Source: Fidelibacterota bacterium
GTDB lineage: Bacteria > Fidelibacterota > UBA8477 > JABMPR01
Direction: 5' to 3'
Assembly: GCA_021734325.1 (NCBI GenBank)
Contig: JAIPJF010000005.1
Span: 4,028 to 68,027, forward strand
Length of the DNA: 64,000 nt
The position numbers were made by a program, and so were the translations under genes. Shown here piece by piece: positions 54,699-62,871 of the stretch. Every line of letters begins with the position of its first letter. Within the stretch, counting starts at the first letter, position 1. The notes below the pieces were generated by a model that saw only the letters and a program-made list of their open reading frames with translations, had not been told where the DNA came from and did not search any database.

Positions 54699-56238
54699 TC
54701 AACTCCCTGGTCTGGTGATTACTGGAGCTTCTGGATTTATTGGCAGAAATTTTATTGAGACTTTCAAGGATGTTTACCAGATCTATGCCATTGCCCGACG
54801 CAATCAGCATGAGGTAGGTATCCCCCGGCATAAGAACATCAAATGGTTTCTCTCTGACATTGCCGATCAAAAATCTATCAATGGGATAATGACTGAGATC
54901 ATTGCCAATGGCGGAGCAGATTACCTTATTCATCTGGCAGCATTTTTTGATTTCTCAAATGAAGCGAATCCAGAGTATGAAAGAACGAATATTATCGGGT
55001 CCAGGGTAATCTTCGAAGAAGCTTCCCGTCTGGAGCTAAAACGCTTCATTTTTGCCAGCTCACTGGTTGTCTCTGAATTTCCAAAAGCGGGGCAGCGACT
55101 TACGGAGAAAAGTCGACTGGATGCTGACTTTCCTTATGCAGTCACCAAAATTGCTGGAGAATCGATGGCTCGGGAATGGTCAAAAACATTTCCCTGCACA
55201 GTGGTTCGATTTGCCGCGGTCTTTAGTGATTGGTGTGAATACGGACCACTCTATAAATTTTTGGAAACCTGGTCCTCCTCTTCCTGGAAATCAAGGGTCC
55301 TTGGCGGTCAGGGAAAATCCGCCGTTCCCTATATCCATATTGCTTCTCTGGTAAAAATGTTGAACACGGTATTGGTCCAGACTGATACACTACCCGAGTA
55401 CGATGTTTTGATCGGTAGCCCGGATGACAGCAATTCCCATCAGCAACTTTATGATGAAAGCACGCGATTTATTTTTGGAGAGGTTCGCCAGGCTATTCAT
55501 ATGCCGGTACCTCTGGCCAGATTCGGCGTATGGATGTTGGATTTTCTGGGAAAACTCATCAGACGCAGACCTTTTGAGCGACCTTGGATGATGAAATACA
55601 TTGATGAGCGAATGGATGTGGACGCTTCCTATACGCGAGATTTGTTGGCTTGGGATATTGCTCCCAGATATTCGCTTGAGAGAAGAATGCTCCATGTAAT
55701 CGAAAACATGAAAACCTTTCCTGTTGAATGGCATCAAAAAAATGACGAGGCGCTTTATAAATCACCTGATAGACCCAATCTAAAGATCTCTGAAGCACTG
55801 GCATTCCAGGAAGATCATATTTTATCAACAATCCAGGAGCTGATCTCCCAATCCAGCAACGGAGATAGATTTCCATCATATCAGGAAATGGATTCTGAGA
55901 AACTCGCCTGGTATCTGGGGATTCTATTCAATCTGCTCAAAGTCTCGGTGCGTACTGGTGATAGGCTTTCAATGGCAAACTATGCCCGATTCATTGCTAG
56001 CATTCGTATTCATGAAGGGTTTAAATTAGAAGAGGTCGTAGATGTCTATCGCAGTCTCTCACAAATTGTAATAGAAAATCTACTCACATATGACCCCGTC
56101 CGTGATCTTGAACAGCGCATTCGAGATGCTATAGACCTTACGATCCAAATGGCTATCGATGAGATCGAAGAAGCATATGAGACTGCTCGGGAGATCACAC
56201 CATACACCCGATTTGATAAACGGTTTCCCATCAAATAA
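54685..56238 (+). CDS. Extended SDR (NAD-dependent epimerase/dehydratase-like) with a roughly 170-aa C-terminal helical extension, paralogue A
   Basis: GTG start. 'VITGASGFIGRNF' is the Rossmann motif. 'FPYAVTKIAGE' carries YxxxK. 'AAVFSDWCEYGPLYKFLETW' is conserved in the neighbouring paralogue. I did not recognise the C-terminal domain. Confidence 0.8.
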   Translation: MKTANQLPGLVITGASGFIGRNFIETFKDVYQIYAIARRNQHEVGIPRHKNIKWFLSDIADQKSINGIMTEIIANGGADYLIHLAAFFDFSNEANPEYERTNIIGSRVIFEEASRLELKRFIFASSLVVSEFPKAGQRLTEKSRLDADFPYAVTKIAGESMAREWSKTFPCTVVRFAAVFSDWCEYGPLYKFLETWSSSSWKSRVLGGQGKSAVPYIHIASLVKMLNTVLVQTDTLPEYDVLIGSPDDSNSHQQLYDESTRFIFGEVRQAIHMPVPLARFGVWMLDFLGKLIRRRPFERPWMMKYIDERMDVDASYTRDLLAWDIAPRYSLERRMLHVIENMKTFPVEWHQKNDEALYKSPDRPNLKISEALAFQEDHILSTIQELISQSSNGDRFPSYQEMDSEKLAWYLGILFNLLKVSVRTGDRLSMANYARFIASIRIHEGFKLEEVVDVYRSLSQIVIENLLTYDPVRDLEQRIRDAIDLTIQMAIDEIEEAYETAREITPYTRFDKRFPIK

Positions 56239-56277
56239 ATAGTAGGCCATAAAAGTTCAACTGATCTGGGGGTTTTC

Positions 56278-57795
56278 ATGGTGGCGAACATTACTAAATC
56301 TACCATCTTAATCACCGGTGCATCCGGATTCATTGGTCGGCATTTGGTGAGACAATTATGTCCGGACCACAAGATCATCGCGCTGGGTCGACGTACTCAG
56401 AAAGATATTGGTATCGAGGCACATCCAAATCTGGATTGGATCTTGGTCGACCTCATGGATGAGGTCCAGTTGAGGAACGCCTTTCAAAAGATTTCGAACA
56501 TATATGATCTGGATTTTATTTTCCATTTGGCGGCCTACTATGATTTTGGAGATCAGCTACCTTCAGAGCAATATGATAAAACCAATATCCAGGCCACAAA
56601 AACGCTTCTTGAGCTAGCGCGCAGGGCCAAGATAAAGCGTTTTATTTTCACAAGCTCACTTGTCGCGAGCAATTTTCCTCCACCTGGAGGTATGGTTGAC
56701 GAGAACAGCGAACTGGATGCCACTTTCCCTTATGCTATTACCAAACAGATAGGGGAACGGTTTGTTCGTGAAGCCTCTGAATTCTTTCCCTGCACAATTG
56801 TGAGGTTGGCAGCCGTATTCAGTGATTGGTGTGAGTATGAACCATTATACAATTTTCTCAAGACCTGGCTCTCCAAGCGTTGGGATTCCCGAATCATCCC
56901 TGGTCAAGGTAGTATGGCAATACCCTATGTGCATGTATCCTGTGTTATCGGATTATTTGAAAAAATTCTTGAGAAGAATGATGAGATTGGGAATTTTAAT
57001 ATTTTTCTGGCCAGCTCAGATCAGCCAATCACACTTATGGATCTATTCCTGAAATCCACCCGTTGCTATAATGGGATTGAGAGCACCCCCATTTATTTCT
57101 CACCAGCCCTGGCAAAATTTGGTGTCCTCGTAAGAGATACGTGGGGCAGAATTATCAGGAAGAGGCCATTTGAAAAAATGTGGATGATGAATTACCTTGA
57201 TAAACAATTTCCCACAGATTGCTCATATACCAGAAATACACTGGATTGGCATCCAAAATCACGGCATCAGTTATCAAGACGCATCCTCCATTTGATCGAG
57301 AACTTGAAATCCCGTCCGGATAAATGGCATCGGATGAATATCGATCGCTTGAGGCGCTTCGAGGGTGCCAGACCGGCACTGCTATTGGCTGAGGAGATGA
57401 TGCGTGCCCATGAGGAGTTGGTAGACAAGGTTTACACTGAGTTACGGCTCCCGGAGAATAAGGAGCGATTCAGCTTTTATCAAAGCATGAAACCAGAAGA
57501 CCTTACGTGGTACATAAATGTAGTGTTTAACCATCTGTTAACATCCGTCCGCCATGGGGACCGCTCGACAATGATCACTTTTGCCCAGGATCTATCTCAC
57601 TGGAGAATGAAGGACCTTGTGAGTTTAGATGAGTTGTGTGATGTATTGACCACGGTTCGTGATATCTTTGCAAAAGAACTTTACGCAAACCCAAAACTGG
57701 AATCAATGCAATTATTGATCGACGATTACATTACCTTGGCTATCCAATTGGCCATTGATGAGATCAAGGATCTATACGAGAATATTCCACATTAG
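56278..57795 (+). CDS. Extended SDR (NAD-dependent epimerase/dehydratase-like) with a roughly 170-aa C-terminal helical extension, paralogue B
   Basis: 'LITGASGFIGRHLV', 'FPYAITKQIGE' and 'AAVFSDWCEYEPLYNFLKTW'. It is collinear with 54685-56238 over the full length, including the C-terminal 'DLTWYINVVFNHLLTSVRHGDR'. Confidence 0.8.
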   Translation: MVANITKSTILITGASGFIGRHLVRQLCPDHKIIALGRRTQKDIGIEAHPNLDWILVDLMDEVQLRNAFQKISNIYDLDFIFHLAAYYDFGDQLPSEQYDKTNIQATKTLLELARRAKIKRFIFTSSLVASNFPPPGGMVDENSELDATFPYAITKQIGERFVREASEFFPCTIVRLAAVFSDWCEYEPLYNFLKTWLSKRWDSRIIPGQGSMAIPYVHVSCVIGLFEKILEKNDEIGNFNIFLASSDQPITLMDLFLKSTRCYNGIESTPIYFSPALAKFGVLVRDTWGRIIRKRPFEKMWMMNYLDKQFPTDCSYTRNTLDWHPKSRHQLSRRILHLIENLKSRPDKWHRMNIDRLRRFEGARPALLLAEEMMRAHEELVDKVYTELRLPENKERFSFYQSMKPEDLTWYINVVFNHLLTSVRHGDRSTMITFAQDLSHWRMKDLVSLDELCDVLTTVRDIFAKELYANPKLESMQLLIDDYITLAIQLAIDEIKDLYENIPH

Positions 57796-57805
57796 CTAAG
57801 TCGGG

Positions 57806-58336
57806 TTAATCCCGAAGACGTTTCAGCTCCAAATGGCAGCTCTTGCATAATAGATCTGATTTTTGATCCAGCTCCTCGACATAGGTGGTAGAAACCATTG
57901 TACATCCAGGCTGGAAACAGTGCTTTAGACCAAAAGTGTGACCGATTTCGTGAAGGATGGTCTTCAACAGTCTCTCTGCGTATATTTTTGGATCATCATT
58001 CAGACCGTAGCGACGATTATCCAGTCGATGAGCGGAGATCAGAGCCGCTGATCCACCGAGATAGGCCTGACCAAAGATATATCTAAGCACAGGTATAAAC
58101 AGATCCAATTCAGTCACCCCAACAATTTTGTCTTCACCACTTGCCATGGGCAACAATTCTTTGATGATCTCATTGGCATTATACTGTGATCGAACTGGAT
58201 CAAAAAATCGATTTAGATCCATATGATGAGAACTGAGACCACATTCTACACCATAGCGGTTGCTTATGGTAGAAAGCATCTGCTCCAAAATATCAAAATG
58301 GGCAAACTGAAGGGGTATGATCCTAATCAGGGACAT
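57806..58336 (-). CDS. amzA: Archaemetzincin-like zinc metallopeptidase (peptidase M54 family)
   Basis: 'HEIGHTFGLKHCFQPGCTMVSTTYVEELDQKSDLLCKSCH' matches the archaemetzincin signature HExxHxxGxxHC....CxM...(spacer)...CxxC. Confidence 0.8.
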   Translation of the reverse strand: MSLIRIIPLQFAHFDILEQMLSTISNRYGVECGLSSHHMDLNRFFDPVRSQYNANEIIKELLPMASGEDKIVGVTELDLFIPVLRYIFGQAYLGGSAALISAHRLDNRRYGLNDDPKIYAERLLKTILHEIGHTFGLKHCFQPGCTMVSTTYVEELDQKSDLLCKSCHLELKRLRD

Positions 58337-58356
58337 GAAAGTGTCCTGACCTTATC

Positions 58357-59700
58357 CTACTTGGGGCTCTCGATCTTATACTTTTTTATTTTGCTATAGA
58401 GTGTAACCCTATCCACCCCCAGTGCTTTGGCTGCGCGGGAAATATTCCAATCATATTTCTCGAGAATGCTCTGAATATGGTGGCTTTCCATTTCCTGGAT
58501 TGATTCCCAGGTCGGTTGACTTGTGTATTTATCAAGAGGAAGATCATTCAATCTGACAGTATCGCCGGTACCAATGACAATGGCTCGTTCTATGAGATTT
58601 TCCAATTCTCGAACATTCCCGGGAAATGGATAGTTCTCCAGCGCTTTGAGTGCTCTTTTTCCGATATATTTTGTTGGTTTATTCATCTGCTCGGCATACA
58701 AACGAATAAAATGTTCAGCCAGTATTTTTATATCTTCCTTACGTTCCCGAAGGGGTGGTATAGAGATGGCGAAAACATTCAATCTATAATAGAGGTCCTC
58801 TCTGAATTCACCTGCATCCACCATGGATTTTAGATCCCGATTTGTCGCGCAGATAACCCGAAAATCAGATTTATATTCACGGTTACCACCAACTCTGGTA
58901 AAGCGTTTGGTCTCCAGAACTCGTAGCAATTCGATCTGCATTTTCATAGAAATTGTCGAGATTTCATCGAGGAATAATGTAGCACCATCGGCCATTTCAA
59001 ATTTGCCTTTTCTGGCATATTGCGCACCAGTAAATGCACCCCGCTCATGACCAAACAATTCACTTTCCATGAGGGTCTCTGCAATGGCTCCGCAGTGTAC
59101 GGTGACCATGGGGAAAAATCTCCGTGGGGAATTCATGTGAATGGCTTTTGCAATAAGCTCTTTGCCAGTTCCGCTATCACCCCTGATGATCACAGTCGAA
59201 TCCGTATCCGCAACCTGGCGGACTTGCTCGAGGACCTTTAATATTGCCTCACTTCCACCAATTACAGCCTCGATATTCGTCAAACTTTTTATACGTTCCT
59301 GAAGGGAGAGATTCTCCTGGCTCAACTGGATGCTTTGACTGGCATTTCTGATCAGATGACTAACGGCGTCAGGATCAAAGGGCTTACAGACATAGTCATA
59401 TGCACCATCCTTGAGAGCTTCTACCGCCGAATCAACGGATGCAAAAGCGGTCATGATAATCACAACGATATCTTCATTAATTGACTTTATGCGACGATTC
59501 AACTCAAGTCCATCCATGCCAGGAAGTTTGATATCAACGAGAACGATGTGGAAGTTAAAGGCCTCCAATTTTTTAAGGGCGACCTTTGCATCTTCTGCAA
59601 CATCCACATTATAGCCATCTTCCAGGAACCAATTGGATAGAGAATCTCTTACTGAGAGCTCATCATCCACGATCAAAATGGAAAGATTGTTATCCATCAT
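58357..59700 (-). CDS. Sigma-54-dependent response regulator (NtrC family: REC, AAA+ and Fis-type HTH)
   Basis: Start at MMDNN/MDNN (59700 or 59697; ATGGATAA overlaps the kinase stop). REC domain 'ILIVDDE...VLVDIKLPGMDG'. Walker A 'GDSGTGKE'. The sigma-54 contact loop is 'GAFTGA', with 'ESELFGHERG'. C-terminal HTH 'NISRAAKALGVDRVTLYSKIKKY'. Confidence 0.9.
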   Translation of the reverse strand: MMDNNLSILIVDDELSVRDSLSNWFLEDGYNVDVAEDAKVALKKLEAFNFHIVLVDIKLPGMDGLELNRRIKSINEDIVVIIMTAFASVDSAVEALKDGAYDYVCKPFDPDAVSHLIRNASQSIQLSQENLSLQERIKSLTNIEAVIGGSEAILKVLEQVRQVADTDSTVIIRGDSGTGKELIAKAIHMNSPRRFFPMVTVHCGAIAETLMESELFGHERGAFTGAQYARKGKFEMADGATLFLDEISTISMKMQIELLRVLETKRFTRVGGNREYKSDFRVICATNRDLKSMVDAGEFREDLYYRLNVFAISIPPLRERKEDIKILAEHFIRLYAEQMNKPTKYIGKRALKALENYPFPGNVRELENLIERAIVIGTGDTVRLNDLPLDKYTSQPTWESIQEMESHHIQSILEKYDWNISRAAKALGVDRVTLYSKIKKYKIESPK

Positions 59701-61360
59701 CCACACTCCTATCAGCGAGTTCAAATATAAATTTAATTGAAGTTCCCTTTCCCAATTCCGAGTCTACAACAATTTTCGCCTTATGTTGTTCAAGGATTCC
59801 ATAGGTTACAGCCAGACCCAGACCTATCCCGGACATTTCTTTTTTCCGCGAGAAAAAGGGTTCAAATATATGCTCAATATCTTCGGTAGGGATACCGATA
59901 CCATTATCTTTGATATCGATGGTTATATGATTCATATCCTGATTATATGTGCGGTAAGTGACCTGACCCTCAGGGATATTATCCACAGCTTCTAGGGCAT
60001 TGGTCAGTACAGCCAGACAGGCTTGAATGATCTGATTGCCATTTGCCATTACCTGATCCCGGGATGCTGAAAAATCCGTTACGAATTTGACATTGGAGAT
60101 CTGAAAGCTGTGTTGGATAAGTTGTTCCGTCTCTTTGAGTACCGGATTTAATTTAATGAGAACAAACTTTTGATTCGGATCTCTGGAAAAATTTAGCAGC
60201 CCTTTTACAATATTTCCACAGCGAGTGGTTTCGGATTGGATCATGTTAAGATGCTTGAGTATCATCTCCTTTTTTTCATCTGTAAGGACAGGATTCTGGA
60301 GTAGACGGGAAACCAGTTTAGCATAAGTCAATACACCGGCCAGGGGATTGTTGATCTCGTGGGCGACGGAAGAAGAGAGTCGGCCTAGAGATGCCAATCT
60401 TTCTATTTGATAAATTTCATTCTGGGTTCTGGCAAAGTCCTCAGATTTTACCCTGACCTTATTCTCCAGTTCATTAGACCATATCTGCAGCTTCCGGTTG
60501 CTCTCGTTGATGGACTCAAGCATGGTATTCAGAGCAAGTCCCACATGATGGATATCCACAAGATCAGTTGGCTTGACATTTACTCGAACGGTCAAATTCC
60601 CGGCTGTCACCGCCCTGCTGGCCTTGACGATACGATTCAGGGGCAGATTGATATAGTACTGAATGAAAAGTACAATTGAAGTCATCAGGAGAATAAAGAC
60701 GATAGCAATGATGGCAAAATACTGGTAGAGAACACGATTGAGGGCCACATCCATTTCAGCCAGGGGAAGAATAATCTCAAGGAAGCCCAGAACCTCAGAA
60801 TCCTGACTTGTTTCATGGCAGCCGATTGATCGGCAGCCTGATGCAGAGAAAATAGGAGAAAGAACGATCATCTCCCTTCCGGTATTGTCCTCATCGACTT
60901 CATAGACGCAGGTCGCAGGCATACCCCACTGTTTGAGATCCACATCATTTTCTGAATGGCAATGTGAGCAGGGTAACAGGGGGTTTTTAAAATCAGGTTC
61001 CATGGTATGGTGGCGAATATCGCCATTACTATTGTAAATCCGAATTGCTTCAATCCCGGGAATTTCTTTTACTTTCCGGATCGCAATGGCTACTTCTTCA
61101 TGATTCTCAGTGATCATGCTGCTGCGAAGCGTTTGCTCAATGACCGTGGCCATGCGTTTACCACAGCGTGTCGTAACATTTTCCAGATAATTATTAGAAA
61201 TAGAAAAGATGATCCAGGCCAGAAAGGTGAAAAGCAGAATGAAGAGGGTCAAGAGCAGTATTACCATTCTTCCAGAGAGTGAGTTTGGCTTAAAAAAACT
61301 TTTCCAGGAAGTCTGGGAAATGAATTTATTCGATAATTCTGGCTCAGATCCTGAAATCAT
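59690..61360 (-). CDS. Sensor histidine kinase with a periplasmic domain bearing c-type haem-binding motifs, then HAMP, HisKA and HATPase_c
   Basis: TM1 is 'MVILLLTLFILLFTFLAWIIFSI', TM2 is 'YFAIIAIVFILLMTSIVLFIQYYI'. Between them lie 'CSHCH' (nt about 60956-60970) and 'CRSIGCH'. The H-box is 'SSSVAHEINNPL'. The ATPase region is 'DNGIGIPTEDIEHIFEPFFS..GIGLGLAVTYG'. Confidence 0.9.
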   Translation of the reverse strand: MISGSEPELSNKFISQTSWKSFFKPNSLSGRMVILLLTLFILLFTFLAWIIFSISNNYLENVTTRCGKRMATVIEQTLRSSMITENHEEVAIAIRKVKEIPGIEAIRIYNSNGDIRHHTMEPDFKNPLLPCSHCHSENDVDLKQWGMPATCVYEVDEDNTGREMIVLSPIFSASGCRSIGCHETSQDSEVLGFLEIILPLAEMDVALNRVLYQYFAIIAIVFILLMTSIVLFIQYYINLPLNRIVKASRAVTAGNLTVRVNVKPTDLVDIHHVGLALNTMLESINESNRKLQIWSNELENKVRVKSEDFARTQNEIYQIERLASLGRLSSSVAHEINNPLAGVLTYAKLVSRLLQNPVLTDEKKEMILKHLNMIQSETTRCGNIVKGLLNFSRDPNQKFVLIKLNPVLKETEQLIQHSFQISNVKFVTDFSASRDQVMANGNQIIQACLAVLTNALEAVDNIPEGQVTYRTYNQDMNHITIDIKDNGIGIPTEDIEHIFEPFFSRKKEMSGIGLGLAVTYGILEQHKAKIVVDSELGKGTSIKFIFELADRSVDDG

Positions 61361-61431
61361 AATCCCCTCCCAAAGACACTATTTTATTCTGTAAAGTATC
61401 TTGAATGTAAAATATGCAGATTACATGCCAA

Positions 61432-62136
61432 CTAGCAGATCAACGCTCTATTGTTACTGATAGATAGCAGATAAGTCATGAATTTATGCTTGTCGATTGG
61501 AGCGATTCGTGGGGAAGTATACTCTGAATCTGATCGCTTCGCTAATTGGATAAGTCTATATTTATCACAATCATCCCGGGTTTGCTGAAGATATTGTTCT
61601 CGGGTGAGACTTAACTTTTTCGCTTCGCTTGTCTCTTCAATTTCCAGCAGCCATGTTTCTTCTTCAGGTGTGAGATACAATTGAGCTCCATGGATATTTT
61701 CTTCTTGGAAATATGGGTTGGTGACGATGATCTTTCCAGAGAAGGGGGCTTTAAGATAGATAATCCCACCTTCGAGAACAATCCAACCGAAACATTGGTC
61801 TTGATGAAGATTGTTCCCGGGTCGAGTGATTATCACTTTGTGTGTGAAAGAGAGTAGCTGCCAGAGAATTGCATCGATACCTATTCTGATGCGACCAGCA
61901 GCTACTCTCTTGTACCAGAAATGACCTTCAAGATATTGTAGACCGGGGGAGAATTGGACAGATGAGATATCGGGACTTCGAACTGTGAGTGTCTGACTCG
62001 TGGAGCTTGAAGTGCTTGATCGATTTCCCCTGATCATTTCTTTATGGAAATCACAAAGATCGCAGTTCCGTTTTAGGGGGCAGAGTTGATAATCAACGAC
62101 TCCTGCTTCCATCCAAATGCACTTTTGTGATTCCAT
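61432..62136 (-). CDS. GcvH-like (lipoyl/biotinyl-fold) protein lacking the lipoyl lysine, with an N-terminal four-Cys motif
   Basis: The N-terminus 'CIWMEAGVVDYQLCPLKRNCDLCDFH' fits C-x12-C-x5-C-x2-C. The core 'GHFWYKRVAAGRIRIGIDAILWQLL...CFGWIVLEGGIIYLKAPFSGKIIVTNP...EETWLLEIE' aligns with GcvH (HxW..V.vGItD...ESVKA..d.yaPvsG.v..vN...e.WlfkI), but Gly replaces the lipoyl Lys. Confidence 0.6.
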   Translation of the reverse strand: MESQKCIWMEAGVVDYQLCPLKRNCDLCDFHKEMIRGNRSSTSSSTSQTLTVRSPDISSVQFSPGLQYLEGHFWYKRVAAGRIRIGIDAILWQLLSFTHKVIITRPGNNLHQDQCFGWIVLEGGIIYLKAPFSGKIIVTNPYFQEENIHGAQLYLTPEEETWLLEIEETSEAKKLSLTREQYLQQTRDDCDKYRLIQLAKRSDSEYTSPRIAPIDKHKFMTYLLSISNNRALIC

Positions 62137-62163
62137 GTCGATCTGCTTTTTGTTTTCGATTAT

Positions 62164-62859
62164 TTAGCTTTTGACAGCATCAATAAATTCGGTCTGGAAT
62201 TCTTCCCATATCTCTGAGGAAAGAGGTTCTAATACATGATCCCGAATCTCACCACCCTCCTGAAGTAGAACGGGCTCAGGTAGAGGACTGTATTTCCGCT
62301 CTGCGAATGCCAGGACATCACGAAGGCGAGTCTGCTCTTCCTGTACCCACTCACGAGCTTTCTCACCCAATAAAAGCATCTTCTTCTCAATATCCCAACG
62401 CAATGGTTTAAGATCGAAGAGCCAATTCTCGGTGAAATCATTATGGGTCCGTTTACTGAATGTTTTAAGTGCATGTCTGTTTGTACCACTTAAAACTCCA
62501 CTTACCGGAGAGTATATTTTTAATTTTTTATTATCACTCATTAGCGTCGCCAGGTGGTCACCGCGATTAACTGTCTCTCCATTCTGTTTCATGAGTTTCA
62601 GTGAGACTGGTCCGGTGAGCGCAGCCAGGAAGTCATCTATTCCTACCTGTACCTGACCAGCTGATCTCAGAAATGCCCAAGTATGAGTTTTATCAAACAG
62701 GATACCCTTCGGTAACCGTACATTTGACAGTGAGAAGAGAGGGCCTTCTACTTCTTTCAGGAAATTATAAAAGGGGATGAAGACTAAAAAGAAACTGATT
62801 ATGAGAATATATTCAATGCCCTTTGTGGCAAAAATATTGTGATAAATAAAACTATCCAT
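62164..62859 (-). CDS. Membrane-anchored GcvH-like protein lacking a correctly placed lipoyl lysine
   Basis: N-terminal TM helix 'IEYILIISFFLVFIPFYNFL'. The core 'THTWAFLRSAGQVQVGIDDFLAALTG...HLATLMSDNKKLKIYSPVSGVLSGTN...ENWLFDLKP' is GcvH-like. By eye, Asn occupies the position aligned to the lipoyl Lys. Confidence 0.6.
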   Translation of the reverse strand: MDSFIYHNIFATKGIEYILIISFFLVFIPFYNFLKEVEGPLFSLSNVRLPKGILFDKTHTWAFLRSAGQVQVGIDDFLAALTGPVSLKLMKQNGETVNRGDHLATLMSDNKKLKIYSPVSGVLSGTNRHALKTFSKRTHNDFTENWLFDLKPLRWDIEKKMLLLGEKAREWVQEEQTRLRDVLAFAERKYSPLPEPVLLQEGGEIRDHVLEPLSSEIWEEFQTEFIDAVKS

Positions 62860-62871
62860 TGTTTTAAATCC

